From Lachnoclostridium sp. UBA1175 (lineage in GTDB: Bacteria > Bacillota > Clostridia > Lachnospirales > Lachnospiraceae), in NCBI GenBank assembly GCA_002311665.1, contig DBYX01000008.1, forward strand, positions 27,268 to 91,267: a stretch of DNA of 64,000 nt, written 5' to 3'. How positions within the stretch are numbered: the first letter of the stretch is position 1; each line of letters begins with the position of its first letter. The notes beneath the pieces were generated by a model. It worked only from the letters and a program-made list of their open reading frames with translations, ran no database searches and had not been told where the DNA came from. The position numbers and the translations under genes are program-made. Shown in pieces: positions 1 to 10,900 of the stretch.

Positions 1-1511
1 GTGATCGCCTGCGTGCAGAAATACACGCCGACCTTCAGGCCGTTGGCCAGAGCGACCTCAATGTTGTCGCGGGCGTATTTGTCGAGCTCGAGTGTGCCCT
101 CACCGGGACCGCGGTAACCGACGCGCACGAACGCGAACTCGATGCCCGCGTCGCGGACCTTCTTCCAGTCGATCCTGCCGTTGTGCTCCGAAACGTCGAC
201 GCCCATGCAGGACGTGATCTTCTTATCGTCGTCCGCAAAATACCGGAATCCCGTCTCGTCCTGCCAGTAGTGGTCCTTATCAAAATTGAAATTGTTCTTC
301 GCGACTTTCTTGTACTCCGGAAGGTACAACCGCTCGTCGGTGCCGTTCGGGATGGACACCGGGTTCTCGATGTAGTTGACCGCCGGCGCGTTCACACCGT
401 TGAAATCCGGGTCCGCGTAGTTGTAGCTCACATAGGCGCCCACCGTCGCGTTGCTCACCTTGAGCGTGCCCTGCACAGGCAGGATAGTCGCGGTGACCTC
501 GCCGTAGTACTCGCCCTCGCGGACGTACAGCGGCGACACGATATGGATACCGTCGTCGGCGACCTCCCACGAGAATCTCTCTCCGAAGGAAAATGCCCCG
601 CTGCCCTTCTCGCGCACCTGCGCCATCACTTCGTCGGATGCGGAAAATGCGTACCTGTTCCCGTGTCCCGTCGTGATCATGATCGTCTTGCGAAGATCCG
701 TTCCGGCCGGGATGTCGAGACCGTCGCCGTCATCGGGCGTCTGCTGCGCCGAGATGTCAGCCCAGACATCCTCGCCGAGCTCGAGGCGAAACCAGTTTTT
801 CACGGCGTCGAAGCAGCCCTGCTCCTTGCCGACGTTCATCAGGCCGGGCTCCAACACGACAACCGACTTCGGCTGCCCGTCCGTCTCCTGCACGAAGAGG
901 ACGTATTTGGTGCCGCCCATGATCACGGGCTCCGGCGTGAGCAGGCTCCAGTCGCTCGCGAGCGTGTACGGAACCTCGTAGTCGATCATCTGTGCGGTGA
1001 CCATCCACGAGCCGTACTCGCGCCGTTCCGCGTCCTCCGCGGAGGCGTACTCGTTGCGGTACAGAAGCGTGTACTCCGGCTTGGAGGCGCTTCCGTAGGC
1101 GAAAGCAATGTATTCCTTGTCCATCACGGTCGTCAGGGACGCCGTGTAGGATCCGTTCTTCGCGTTAAACTGGCGGATCCGCTCCTCCGCGTCGGTGCAG
1201 ACGCGGTAGGATTTGGCTGTGGAAGCCGCCGGGCTCGTCGGCTCGTCCCCGCCGCCGGGCTTATTTTTCTTCATTGTGTACCAGAAGACGCCGCACAGCG
1301 TCAGAAGGATCGCCGCAGTCACCCAGGTGATGATCATCCAGAACTGCTTGCGCCCGCGCAGGCGCTGGTTCTGATCCTCCAGGTAATCGCGCTCCTCCTC
1401 GAGCTCGCGGAGCGTCCTCTTGCCGGACTGTGTCCGCAGTGCCAGCTCTTCGATGTCGTAGCCGCGCTCGTACGCCTCCTGCTCAGTTTTTTCCTTATCG
1501 ATCATATACAT
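1..1511 (-). CDS. Membrane-anchored glycoside hydrolase family 25 muramidase (lysozyme); 3' end runs off the window start
   Basis: Absent from the ORF track because it has no stop in the window. My minus-strand translation from ATG 1511 reads MYMIDKEKTEQEAYERGYDIEEL, then a TM span (RKQFWMIITWVTAAILLTLCGVFWY). At the window edge it reads GVDVSEHNGRIDWKKVRDAGIEFAFVRVGYRG...ALANGLKVGVYFCTQAIT, a GH25 signature. The + ORF 183..1598 is its antisense shadow. Confidence 0.75.
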   Translation of the reverse strand, partial: MYMIDKEKTEQEAYERGYDIEELALRTQSGKRTLRELEEERDYLEDQNQRLRGRKQFWMIITWVTAAILLTLCGVFWYTMKKNKPGGGDEPTSPAASTAKSYRVCTDAEERIRQFNAKNGSYTASLTTVMDKEYIAFAYGSASKPEYTLLYRNEYASAEDAERREYGSWMVTAQMIDYEVPYTLASDWSLLTPEPVIMGGTKYVLFVQETDGQPKSVVVLEPGLMNVGKEQGCFDAVKNWFRLELGEDVWADISAQQTPDDGDGLDIPAGTDLRKTIMITTGHGNRYAFSASDEVMAQVREKGSGAFSFGERFSWEVADDGIHIVSPLYVREGEYYGEVTATILPVQGTLKVSNATVGAYVSYNYADPDFNGVNAPAVNYIENPVSIPNGTDERLYLPEYKKVAKNNFNFDKDHYWQDETGFRYFADDDKKITSCMGVDVSEHNGRIDWKKVRDAGIEFAFVRVGYRGPGEGTLELDKYARDNIEVALANGLKVGVYFCTQAI

Positions 1512-1598
1512 TTCCCCAATACTGCTTCTCTCGCAGCACCCTGCGGTACTACGGTATTCAGTATAACAGGCTTTTCGGAAAATGACAACGATTTGTGA

Positions 1599-1628
1599 TT
1601 GACAAACCCCGAATAATCTGTTTATAAT
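1599..1628 (+). promoter_or_regulatory. Sigma-A-type promoter for the tyrS leader
   Basis: TTGACA (1599-1604), 18-nt spacer, TATAAT (1623-1628), about 350 nt upstream of tyrS. Confidence 0.55.
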
Positions 1629-1639
1629 AGCGCCAAGAC

Positions 1640-1962
1640 AAATGCAACGAAGGAAAAGAGTACCGTCCATACGAACCTACAGAAAGCAGCCGGCCGATGA
1701 GAGGCGCAGGGAACGTGAGCGGGAATACATTCCGGAGCATCGCACCGAAATCCGCGGAAAGTAGGCTGCGACGGCCTGCCGCCGTTACACGGCAGAGTAT
1801 TATCGGAACGACGGACCGCATAGGCGCAGCACAGATGCCGCGTCGCAGGCCCCGCGAGTCCGCGATACTCACAAAGGTCACGGGTGTGAGCCCGCGACGA
1901 AGAAAGGTGGTAACACGAGCGCGCCCTCGTCCTTTTCAACAGGACAGAGGCGCGCTCTTATA
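1640..1962 (+). promoter_or_regulatory. T-box leader (tRNA-sensing riboswitch) with intrinsic terminator, controlling tyrS
   Basis: Conserved T-box sequence AAAGGTGGTAACACGAGCGCGCC (1903-1925) overlaps the 5' arm of a terminator hairpin GAGCGCGCCCTCGTCC / GGACAGAGGCGCGCTC (1917-1957) followed by TTATAAGTTT. A GAAGGAAAAGAGTACCG stem-I-like element lies near 1650-1670. UAC (Tyr) triplets are present, but I cannot assign the specifier by eye. Confidence 0.75.
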
Positions 1963-1982
1963 AGTTTCAGGAGGACGAAACA

Positions 1983-3203
1983 ATGAAAATCTATGAAGAA
2001 CTGCAGGCCCGCGGCCTCATCGCACAGGTCACCGACGAGGAGACCGTGCGCAACCTTGTCAACGAAGGCAAGGCAACCTTCTACATCGGCTTCGACCCCA
2101 CGGCGGACAGCCTTCACGTAGGGCATTTTATGGCTCTGTGCCTGATGAAGCGTCTGCAGATGGCGGGCAACAAGCCCATCGCTCTCTTGGGCGGCGGCAC
2201 CGGAATGATCGGCGACCCCTCGGGCAAGACCGACATGCGGAAAATGCTCACCAAGGAACAGATCTCGCACAACATCGAGTGCTTCAAGAAGCAGATGGCA
2301 CGCTTCATCGACTTCTCCGACGGCAAAGCCCTGATCGTCAACAACGCCGACTGGCTTCTCGACCTCAACTATGTCGAGCTGCTTCGCGAGGTGGGACCTC
2401 ATTTTTCGGTCAATCGTATGCTGACGGCCGAGTGCTACAAGCAACGTATGGAGAGAGGTCTTACATTCCTTGAGTTCAACTACATGATCATGCAGAGCTA
2501 CGACTTCTACAAGCTCTTCCAGGATTACGGCTGCAATCTGCAGTTCGGCGGCGACGACCAGTGGAGCAACATGCTCGGAGGCACGGAGCTCATCCGCCGC
2601 AAACTCGGCAAGGACGCATCCGCGATGACCATCACGCTGCTGCTCAACTCCGAGGGCAAGAAGATGGGCAAGACCGAGAAGGGTGCGGTGTGGCTTGATC
2701 CCGAGAAGACGTCGCCTTTCGAGTTCTACCAGTACTGGAGAAATGTGGCCGATGCCGATGTTCTCAAGTGCATCCGCATGCTCACCTTCCTCCCGCTCGA
2801 GCAGATCGACGCGATGGCCGACTGGGAGGGCAGCAGGCTCAACGAGGCGAAGGAGATCCTCGCGTTCGAGCTCACGAAGCTCGTGCACGGTGAGGAGGAA
2901 GCCGTGAAGGCACAGGCCGCAGCGCGCGCACTCTTCGGCGCGGGCAACGCGGAGGAGGCACCCGAGGCACCGATCGCCGAGGACGCATTTACCGACGGAA
3001 CCATCGATCTCATCTCGATCCTCGTGGCCGCAGGCCTCGCACCGACCCGTTCGGAGGCCCGCCGCAACATCGAGCAGGGCGGCGTCCTTGTGGACGGCGA
3101 GAAGGTGTCCGACATCAAGGCAACCTACACGAAGGAGCAGATCGCCGCAGGCCTTGTCGTCAAGCGCGGCAAGAAGAACTTCAAGAAGGTCGTGCTCGGG
3201 TAA
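1983..3203 (+). CDS. tyrS: Tyrosine--tRNA ligase
   Basis: 406 aa. HIGH motif (DSLHVGH), KMSKS-type motif (KKMGKTEKG), C-terminal S4-like domain ([19 protein letters not shown]). RBS AGGAGGA 8 nt upstream. Confidence 0.97.
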   Translation: MKIYEELQARGLIAQVTDEETVRNLVNEGKATFYIGFDPTADSLHVGHFMALCLMKRLQMAGNKPIALLGGGTGMIGDPSGKTDMRKMLTKEQISHNIECFKKQMARFIDFSDGKALIVNNADWLLDLNYVELLREVGPHFSVNRMLTAECYKQRMERGLTFLEFNYMIMQSYDFYKLFQDYGCNLQFGGDDQWSNMLGGTELIRRKLGKDASAMTITLLLNSEGKKMGKTEKGAVWLDPEKTSPFEFYQYWRNVADADVLKCIRMLTFLPLEQIDAMADWEGSRLNEAKEILAFELTKLVHGEEEAVKAQAAARALFGAGNAEEAPEAPIAEDAFTDGTIDLISILVAAGLAPTRSEARRNIEQGGVLVDGEKVSDIKATYTKEQIAAGLVVKRGKKNFKKVVLG

Positions 3204-3262
3204 GACCCGCCCGGCCGGAAGGTTGCATCTTTACTTCTTCGGTGTTACAATGGACGAGTGAA

Positions 3263-3296
3263 CCGTCGCGGTCTGCGAGGCCGCGACGGTTTTTTC
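3263..3296 (+). terminator. Rho-independent terminator of tyrS
   Basis: CCGTCGCGG (3263-3271) pairs with CCGCGACGG (3281-3289), followed by TTTTTT. Confidence 0.8.
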
Positions 3297-3316
3297 TTGT
3301 CGGAGGAGAAGTTGCC

Positions 3317-3928
3317 ATGAATCCGAGTGTTGGTGAAGCTAATCAGAGTGAAGTCCGGACGATAGAAGCCGGACAGGAAGTCATACGCGAGCCCCGCACT
3401 GTCTGCGGGTACTCGTTCCTTGAGTATATCTATATCTTTTTCTTCTTCGCCATCGCCGGCTGGATCTGGGAGTGCAGTCTCTATCTGATCCGCGACCATG
3501 TCCTGGTAAACCGCGGCACCAAATACGGCCCGTGGATCCCGATCTACGGCTACGGCGGCATCCTTGTGATCCTGCTTCTGTATCGCTTCCGCCACAGCAA
3601 GCTCCGTGTATTTTTCTACGGTATCATCATTTCCACTGCTTTCGAATATCTCACGAGCGTCGTGCTGGAGTACGGCCTGCACGTGGTCTACTGGGACTAC
3701 TCGGAGGATTTTCTCAACTTCCGGGGGCGCATCTCCCTGATGACTTCGCTCGCCTTCGGCGGCTTCAGCCTCCTCGGAACGTACCTCTTCGCTCCGGCCG
3801 CCGTCGCGATCGCACACAAACTGAAACCGAAGCCTCGCCGCATCGTCGCGATCGTCCTGTGCTCCCTCTACGCCCTCGACATCCTCGCCTGCGCGATTTT
3901 CGGATTCAACCCCGCCTCCGGGCTGTGA
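3317..3928 (+). CDS. Polytopic membrane protein, CmpB-like ('putative ABC-transporter type IV' family)
   Basis: Start trimmed to ATG 3317 (RBS GGAGGAGAA at 3302-3310), because the track start 3242 lies inside the tyrS terminator. Motifs FFFAIAGWIWECSLYLI and GPWIPIYGYGGILVI plus 5-6 hydrophobic spans. Confidence 0.6.
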   Translation: MNPSVGEANQSEVRTIEAGQEVIREPRTVCGYSFLEYIYIFFFFAIAGWIWECSLYLIRDHVLVNRGTKYGPWIPIYGYGGILVILLLYRFRHSKLRVFFYGIIISTAFEYLTSVVLEYGLHVVYWDYSEDFLNFRGRISLMTSLAFGGFSLLGTYLFAPAAVAIAHKLKPKPRRIVAIVLCSLYALDILACAIFGFNPASGL

Positions 3929-3973
3929 TCCTCATCGGCCGGTAACAACCGCGCATTTTTCGAATAATGGTCG

Positions 3974-4022
3974 AAAATGGTTCTTGCGGGTGACGAAAAG
4001 CGCCCTTCAAAAAGTGTATAAT
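3974..4022 (+). promoter_or_regulatory. Putative promoter with conserved 20-nt upstream box (copy 1)
   Basis: AAAATGGTTCTTGCGGGTGA (3974-3993) is identical to 7745-7764. TATAAT at 4017-4022, 23 nt downstream of the box, and 74 nt before the 4096 ATG. Confidence 0.45.
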
Positions 4023-4095
4023 CGATTTTGACAGAAACGTCAGAACGCAGGCCCGCCGTGCGCGCCTGTTCGAATCCGGTACGGAGCTATACGCA

Positions 4096-5778
4096 ATGAC
4101 AGTGACGAATCAAAAGCGAAACACCCGGTTGTTTGTCGGCCTCCTGCTGCTGGCCGGCTTGCTTCACATTGCGGCCAACATACTCCACAACACGGTTCCG
4201 CCGCACTACTCCGTCAACACGATGCTCTTCTGTGCGGAGTTTGCGATCTATTCGGCACTTCTGTTCTTCTGGCTCCGGTCCATCCGCGTCCGCCTTCTGC
4301 CGACGCGGGCCAAATCCTACATGATCACACTGGCGCTGCTGATGATCCTCTATCTCTCCCTGCGCGCGTATAAGTACCGCATAGCCGCAAGTGTTGCCGG
4401 CATGCGGTTTTCCTGGTATGTCTTCTATGCGCCGATGATCATGATCCCGACGCTGTTTCTGATGGTCTGCATCCGGATCATACGGGCCGACCGGACCTCG
4501 CGGCTCGACGAGCGCCTGTTGCTCGCGCCTGCCACCGCCCTCTCCGCGATCATCATCACCAATGACCTGCATCATTTGGTGTTCGTTCCGAAGAAGGGCG
4601 TCACGGAATTCTACGGGCAGTCGGGGACCTACACCTACCGCCTGCCGTTCTACCTGACCTACGCGTGGATGATCCTGATGATCCTAATCGGCGTGATCCT
4701 GCTGATCCGGATCGTCGGAAGCGGCCGGAACAAGCGCCGCATTCTGTTCATCCTGGCGGACATCCTGCTGTGTTTCCTTCTGATCAAGCTGCACGACATC
4801 TATTACCTCCGCTTCCGCCTCTTCGGCACGGACCGAAACATCCGCTTCATCCCGCCGTATGAGTCGCCGGAGATCCACGTCTTCTGCATGCTGGCGGCGT
4901 TCGAGTACTGCATCCGCAGGCGACTGATCCCTCACAACGAGGATTACGCCGGCTACATCGCGCAGATCCCGCTGCCGATCCTGATCACCGACAAGAATAT
5001 GCAGCCGGCCTACCGTTCCGCGGGCGAGATCGATGCGTCGAACGATGCACTCGCAGACGCCCTGTCGTCCCCCGTCTACCCGCAGCCCGACCGGAAGCTG
5101 TCCGGGCGGAGCATCGCCGGCGGATACGCGTTCTGGCTCGAGGACGAGAGCGAGGTGCGCAGCGCCAACGAGCGCCTGCGCGAGGCTAACGAGCTGCTGG
5201 AGAGCGAAAATACGCTGATCGAGTACGAGAATCGTCAGAAAGAGGAAAATGCGTACCTCCGCTCGAGGCACCGCATCTTCCACGAGATCGCCGAGGCGAT
5301 GTACCCTTACCAGAAGCGGATTGAGGAACTGCTCACTACAGCGCAGCCGGGTTCCGAGGCGTTCCGCGACCGGATCTCTGACGTCTCCGTGCTCAACGCC
5401 TTCGTAAAACGCAAGACCAACCTACTGCTGCTGTCCTCGGAGCACGACACGATCGAGCTTCGGGAGCTTCAGCTGGCGGTCACCGAGTCCGCGAGGTATC
5501 TGACCTACGCGGGCCTCAGGGCATCCGTTGACGAGAGCGGATGGGTTGAGGAATCACTGCCCTCGGACACCGTCATCGCGCTGTACGACACCTTCGAGCA
5601 GCTCGCGGAGCGGATGCTCGGACGTGCGACGCTTCTGATGATCTCCTACACCGGGGATGGCGTTCGCATGGCCACGGACGCGGAAGTGGATACGATCACT
5701 ACGCCTCTGCCGGTAACGGCGGAGCAGCGGGACGACATCTGGTATCTGACCGTCCCCGCGCAGAAAGGCGGTGATTGA
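4096..5778 (+). CDS. Multi-pass (about 7 TM) sensor protein with histidine-kinase-like DHp region and a degenerate catalytic domain
   Basis: 560 aa. The N-terminal half is hydrophobic helices. Coiled-coil ERLREANELLESENTLIEYENRQKEE is followed by an H-box-like RSRHRIFHEIAEAMYP. I can see no clear N/G1/G2 boxes. The stop overlaps the next gene. Confidence 0.55.
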   Translation: MTVTNQKRNTRLFVGLLLLAGLLHIAANILHNTVPPHYSVNTMLFCAEFAIYSALLFFWLRSIRVRLLPTRAKSYMITLALLMILYLSLRAYKYRIAASVAGMRFSWYVFYAPMIMIPTLFLMVCIRIIRADRTSRLDERLLLAPATALSAIIITNDLHHLVFVPKKGVTEFYGQSGTYTYRLPFYLTYAWMILMILIGVILLIRIVGSGRNKRRILFILADILLCFLLIKLHDIYYLRFRLFGTDRNIRFIPPYESPEIHVFCMLAAFEYCIRRRLIPHNEDYAGYIAQIPLPILITDKNMQPAYRSAGEIDASNDALADALSSPVYPQPDRKLSGRSIAGGYAFWLEDESEVRSANERLREANELLESENTLIEYENRQKEENAYLRSRHRIFHEIAEAMYPYQKRIEELLTTAQPGSEAFRDRISDVSVLNAFVKRKTNLLLLSSEHDTIELRELQLAVTESARYLTYAGLRASVDESGWVEESLPSDTVIALYDTFEQLAERMLGRATLLMISYTGDGVRMATDAEVDTITTPLPVTAEQRDDIWYLTVPAQKGGD

Positions 5779-7099
5779 CATGACAATACGGGAAGCCATG
5801 ACAACCGCCCTCCGCGAAATCCTGGTCGGCGGCTCGATGATCTGGTTACTGCTGCTGTGCCACCTCTGCCTTGCGCTCCACGGCGTGGTGCGCTTCGGAC
5901 GGGCCACGCGTGTCGCTTTGGCGATGGCACTGGCCAACCTTGTGCTCTTTTATTGCCTGCTGGACTGCATCTTCCACTACGGGGAGCCTGAGAAGCCGAG
6001 GACATGGCCCGCAGCGGTCGAGGCGTTCGGCCGGCTGCCGCTTGCCTGCCTGATCGCCGCGGAGGCAACGACCGCCGCATACCTGATCCTGGCCTTCCTC
6101 AGGCTCGCACGCTACCGCAGGGAGCATTTGACGCCGCTGTCCGTCAAGAAGGCGATTGACCTGCTGCCGGCGGGAGTCGCATTTGCCGAGGGCGACGACA
6201 ATGTCGTATTCGCCAACCTCACGATGAACCGGATATCCCGCGCGCTGACGGGGCGCGTGCTCACGGACCTGACGCCGATCCTGGTGCTCGGAGAAGCCGA
6301 AGGCCACAACGCCGCCGAGGCCGACCGGCACAACACCACCTTCCGCCTCACCGAACCGAACGGCACCGCCGCGTGGCAGTTTGCGGCCGACACGGTCGAA
6401 AAGGACGGCGCACAGTACCGCAGGCTGATCGCCACCGACATCTCCGCGCAGGCCGTGATCAATCAGACGCTACAGGAGAAACACGACAAACTGACGGAGC
6501 TCAACCGCCGTCTGGACATATACAACCGCAACGCGGAGCGCATCATCATCTCGCAGGAGCTTCTGAACGCGCGTATGCAGGTGCACAATGAGACGGGACA
6601 CATACTCCTCGCCAGTCGCCATTATATGGACCATCCCAGCGCGGTCGAGGAGGAGGGTCTGTTGCTCGCGCTGAGGCTGACCAACGCCCACCTGCTCAAC
6701 GAGTACGAGAGCGACGACACCGAGCGCGATGCGCTGTCCGAGGCGATCGAGATGGCCGCTTCGATCGGCGTGAAGGTGAAGCTCGGCGGGATCATCCCCG
6801 AGGACGGGGATCCCCGCGCCATCCTCGCCGCAGCCGTAAGCGAGTGCGCGACCAACGTGCGCAAGCACGCCGACGGCGACACCCTGACGGTGACAACCTC
6901 GGAGGCCGAAGGAAGCCTCACGATGACGCTCGCAGGCAACGGCAGGCCCGTGGCCGGGTCGGTCACCGAGTCCGGCGGACTCGCATCCCTGCGAAGGCTC
7001 ACGGAGCAGTCCGGCGGAACGATGGAGATATCCGCAACACCTGATTTTACGCTGACAATGCAAGTGCCGGCGCACCACACGGAAAGGGGGAAACCGTAA
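5771..7099 (+). CDS. Membrane sensor histidine kinase (HisKA_3 / NarL-partner type)
   Basis: 442 aa with N-terminal TM helices. H-box LLNARMQVHNETGHIL, N-box ECATNVRKHA, G-box region GNGRP...ESGGLASLRRLTEQSGGTMEI. GTG 5771 or ATG 5780 could be the start; it overlaps the upstream stop. Confidence 0.8.
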   Translation: MIDMTIREAMTTALREILVGGSMIWLLLLCHLCLALHGVVRFGRATRVALAMALANLVLFYCLLDCIFHYGEPEKPRTWPAAVEAFGRLPLACLIAAEATTAAYLILAFLRLARYRREHLTPLSVKKAIDLLPAGVAFAEGDDNVVFANLTMNRISRALTGRVLTDLTPILVLGEAEGHNAAEADRHNTTFRLTEPNGTAAWQFAADTVEKDGAQYRRLIATDISAQAVINQTLQEKHDKLTELNRRLDIYNRNAERIIISQELLNARMQVHNETGHILLASRHYMDHPSAVEEEGLLLALRLTNAHLLNEYESDDTERDALSEAIEMAASIGVKVKLGGIIPEDGDPRAILAAAVSECATNVRKHADGDTLTVTTSEAEGSLTMTLAGNGRPVAGSVTESGGLASLRRLTEQSGGTMEISATPDFTLTMQVPAHHTERGKP

Positions 7100-7764
7100 T
7101 GTCCGGGAAAATCAAAGTAGTGATCGCCGACGACCAGTACGTCGCGCGCGGATTTTTCGAAATGTACGTGAAGATGTCCGCAGACTATGAGCTTGCGGCG
7201 TCGCTCGCCACCGCGGAGCAGGCAGTCAACTACTGCCGCGCCAACCCGGTCGACCTGGTCATCATGGACGTGATGATGAAGCGGGGCCTGGACGGGTTGA
7301 CTTGCGCCGAGACCATCAAGGCCAACAATCCCGATGTCCGCGTGATACTGGCGACATCGACCGCCGAGTACCAGTGGATTGAGAAGGCAAAGAAGGCGAA
7401 CATCGACAGCTTCTGGTTCAAGGAGTACGACGAGCGCTCACTTCTCGAGGTCATGGACCGCACAATGCACGGTGAGTCGGTCTACCCCGGAGCCGCACCG
7501 AACCCGCGGTTCGGAGACATCGACAAATCCGGCCTCACCGACCGGGAACTCGAGATCCTGCGCGAGCTCACGACCAACCGTTCCAACGAGGAGATCGCGG
7601 AGCGCTGCGGCATCTCGCTCAACACGGTCAAGCGGCACATACAGAACATGCTTGTCAAGACCGGGTACACCAACCGCCTCGAGCTGGCGGTCAACGCCAA
7701 ATCCCTCGGGCTTGTGGTCCACGACGACGACCGCACGGACGGGAAAAATGGTTCTTGCGGGTGA
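7099..7764 (+). CDS. Response regulator, LuxR/NarL family (REC + HTH)
   Basis: 221 aa. KVVIADDQ, DLVIMDVMM (phospho-acceptor Asp), C-terminal LTDRELEILRELTTNRSNEEIAERCGISLNTVKRHIQNM. TAATG overlap with the kinase stop. Confidence 0.9.
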   Translation: MSGKIKVVIADDQYVARGFFEMYVKMSADYELAASLATAEQAVNYCRANPVDLVIMDVMMKRGLDGLTCAETIKANNPDVRVILATSTAEYQWIEKAKKANIDSFWFKEYDERSLLEVMDRTMHGESVYPGAAPNPRFGDIDKSGLTDRELEILRELTTNRSNEEIAERCGISLNTVKRHIQNMLVKTGYTNRLELAVNAKSLGLVVHDDDRTDGKNGSCG

Positions 7765-7792
7765 TGCATCGCAGCCGCGAAAGCACTATAAT
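7745..7792 (+). promoter_or_regulatory. Putative promoter with conserved 20-nt upstream box (copy 2)
   Basis: AAAATGGTTCTTGCGGGTGA (7745-7764) overlaps the last codons and stop of the response-regulator gene. TATAAT at 7787-7792, 22 nt downstream, ahead of the 7901 surface-protein gene. Confidence 0.45.
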
Positions 7793-7900
7793 GGTGCTGT
7801 TGATTCATTTTCCGAAGAATACGCAACAGATTGGGAAGAAAAAGCGTAAGAAAACGAAAGAAACGGAATGCACATTCCGGGAGAAAGGAAACGAGACACA

Positions 7901-10900
7901 ATGAAGAACAAAAAACAACTCCTTTTGAGTATCCTTCTGGTGCTCGCGGCAATACTCGTGCTGATGCCCCGCACGGCGCTTGCCGATCCGCCGGTCATGA
8001 CGATCGCGTATATCGACACGTCCGACGGAAGCTATCTGAAGAGTCTTCTCGAATCGGAAAAGCCTTACACCATTGTCCTCAGGACGGATATCGATTACAA
8101 GATAAACACGGAGGATCCGTACTGGTGCACGATCAAGGGCAAAAAGATCATCGACATGAACGGCCACGGCATCAAAATCCACAATGACGATGTGTACGAG
8201 TCCACGCTGTTCAAGATCCCCGCGGGCGCCACGCTGATCATCACCGCCAACGCAAACGATGATGCGGACGATGTGAAGATCACATACAACGGCTACATCA
8301 ATGATGACAGTGATATAAAATTCCGCAACCTCTTCGAGGTTTACGGTACCCTTGTGAACAACGGCGCCAACCTGCACGCCGGCAGATCCAAGGAGTACTA
8401 CACACACATCGATTACGGATACAAGCAGACACTCGGGCGGGGTGTATGTGTAAAAAACGGAGGGTCTTTTGTGATGAACTACGGCCGTGTATACGGTCGC
8501 GGTGAAACACTAGAACTCATCCAAGTAACCTCCGGTGGAGTCAAAGTATACAAAACGCATAGTCTTTGCGCAATCCTGGCAGATGCCGGTGCCACCGTGC
8601 TGATCAACGGCGGCGAAGTATACGGAAAGGCAGGCGCTGATTGCTTCGATCTGGATGACAACGCAACTGTGCGTGTGGCCTCCGGTTTCTTCGAGACATC
8701 CACCGTGTGGTGTTACATGCAGAACGGAGACGAACATTGGGGAGCTAATACGGTTGGAGACGTCGGTCTCGAGCGAAAGCATATTGCGGAAAACTCGATT
8801 GCATCATACAAGCATGCCGACGGCGAAGCCAACTTGGGGCTCTTTTCTCACTCCTGGGACTATCCCGAGTCCGTCACGGTCACTCTCAAGACACCTTACT
8901 TTAACATCATAGCCGACGGCGCCGAGCCGAACACAACCGGAAACATCTGCTACTACCGGTTCATGGATGATACCGCGACCATCGGCGCCTATGACTACTC
9001 GGAATACTTCCCCGGCACTCCGGACAAAACAAACTACAGTGCGAATACACACGAAGCTGAGCATAAGTACGAGTTTACGTGGGTCATCACGGAAAATAAT
9101 ACCGATGAGCCCATAACGGTGGTCACCGAATCCGACAGGCTCAGCCTGAAGAACGATGTTCCGGGATTTGACCTGCTTCCGGGTAAAATGTATTCTGTAC
9201 GCTGTGTGTCGGCGGAGCGCGTCGTTGACCCCGAGGGTGAGACCGCTCTGGTTCTGTACGGTTTTTCTTCTTCCATCGATGTTCTCGTCGACGTCACGCC
9301 CGGCAGCAGTGTTCCGCTGACGGCGGAGTATTTCCCGGATGACATATTCCGCGCGTACCTGGCCGAACATTACGACTTGGAGGAAGCAACACCCGGCTAT
9401 CTCAGCAAGAGCGAGCTCAAGGACATCGTTAATTTATATATTGCCTCCAAAGGCATCTCCTCGCTTCAGGGTATCGAGTATCTTCCGTATGTGAAGACGC
9501 TTGATGCATCAGACAATCATATCACCTACTATGACGGCTCGGGCAATCCTCACCTTATGGACCTGGATCTTGCTCAGAATCCGCTCACGGGCATCAACCT
9601 CACAAACAACTCGAACCTTCGCATTCTCCATCTGCAGGATTGCGACGGTGCAAGTTCGAACTTGTTCCTGGATCTCACGGGATGTCCGCGAATGAACACA
9701 TTGCACTTGACCTACAGCGATTTTCGGCACATCGACATCAGCAAATGCTGGAATCTGATAAATCTCGTACTGAATCACGACTACGTTGTCAACAGCAATT
9801 CCGGATACCGTCAATATGATGATCCTGAAACAGGCGCTGCGATCTATCAGGGGGAAAACAACCCGGGACTGCTTTATGTTGCCCATTTCGACGAGACGAC
9901 CTTCCCCGACCCCGTATTCCGGGATGAGATCAAGCGGCGCATCCACGATCTGCAGGAGGGTGACTTGCTCAGTTCCGACCTGGCTAAAGCAATTCAGACG
10001 ATCTACATCGAAGACGAGGATGTATACAGCCTGGATGGCATCCGGTATTTTACGAACCTTACATACCTGGACGTCACCGACGGCGAACTGTACCGCGTGG
10101 ACCTCTCAAACAATAAAAAGCTGCAGCAAGTGTATCTGTTCCGCAATCGGCTGTACTCCCTGAATGTGAGCGGACTTACCGAATTGAAAGAACTGTATGT
10201 ATACGGTAACCAGCTGTATTCCCTGGACGTGAGCGGACTCACGGCTCTGGAATGTCTGGATTGCGGAGACAACCGGCTCAACAAGGTGGATGTCTCGGAC
10301 AATGTCAACCTTAAAAAGCTCGTCTGCGGCGGCAACTGTCTGAAAACGCTGGATGTAAGCGGACACACGGCGCTGAAGGAGCTGTACTGCGGCAGCTCAT
10401 TTTTGGAGTCGATCGATCTTTCAGGCTGCACCGAGTTGCTCGATCTCGTCGTTGACTCCAACTGGCTGAGTTCGCTGTCTCTCGCCGGCAATAAGAAGCT
10501 CCGCCTTCTGGACACCCGCTCGAACAATTTAATCACTCTTGACATCAGCAGTTGCAGCGCTCTGAACACGCTCGTGACAGGGACGACCGTGACTCGCCAA
10601 CCCGGCACCGGCGATACCTCCCGACTTAAAACAGACGTCTGGGGCAGTTTCCCGTCGTACGTCAAGGTTGACTCGAGCACGATGCTGATCACGAACCCGC
10701 AGCTGGCCTACGCGGTTGTCACTTTCGAGACCAACGGCGGCAGTGAAGTGCAGCCGGTATCCACACTCAAGGGATACACGCTGAACATGTCCGCACCGCT
10801 CACCTCCAAGCCTTACTACTCCTTCGGCGGCTGGTTCACGGATCCCGGTTGTACGAACCGGTTCATCTTCGACCAAAACGGAACCGTCGTCACCGAAGAC

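Noticed and set aside
183-1598. 471-aa + strand ORF
   Set aside because: It has an Arg/Leu/Val-rich, low-complexity composition typical of an antisense shadow in GC-rich DNA. The opposite strand encodes a convincing GH25 muramidase in a frame that runs off the window.
3242-3316. Upstream extension of the CmpB-like ORF
   Set aside because: The extension overlaps the tyrS terminator hairpin, and a good RBS precedes the internal ATG at 3317.
4068-4077. tRNA T-loop-like GTTCGAATCC
   Set aside because: The flanking bases cannot form a T-stem or acceptor stem. It lies in the leader of the 4096 operon.
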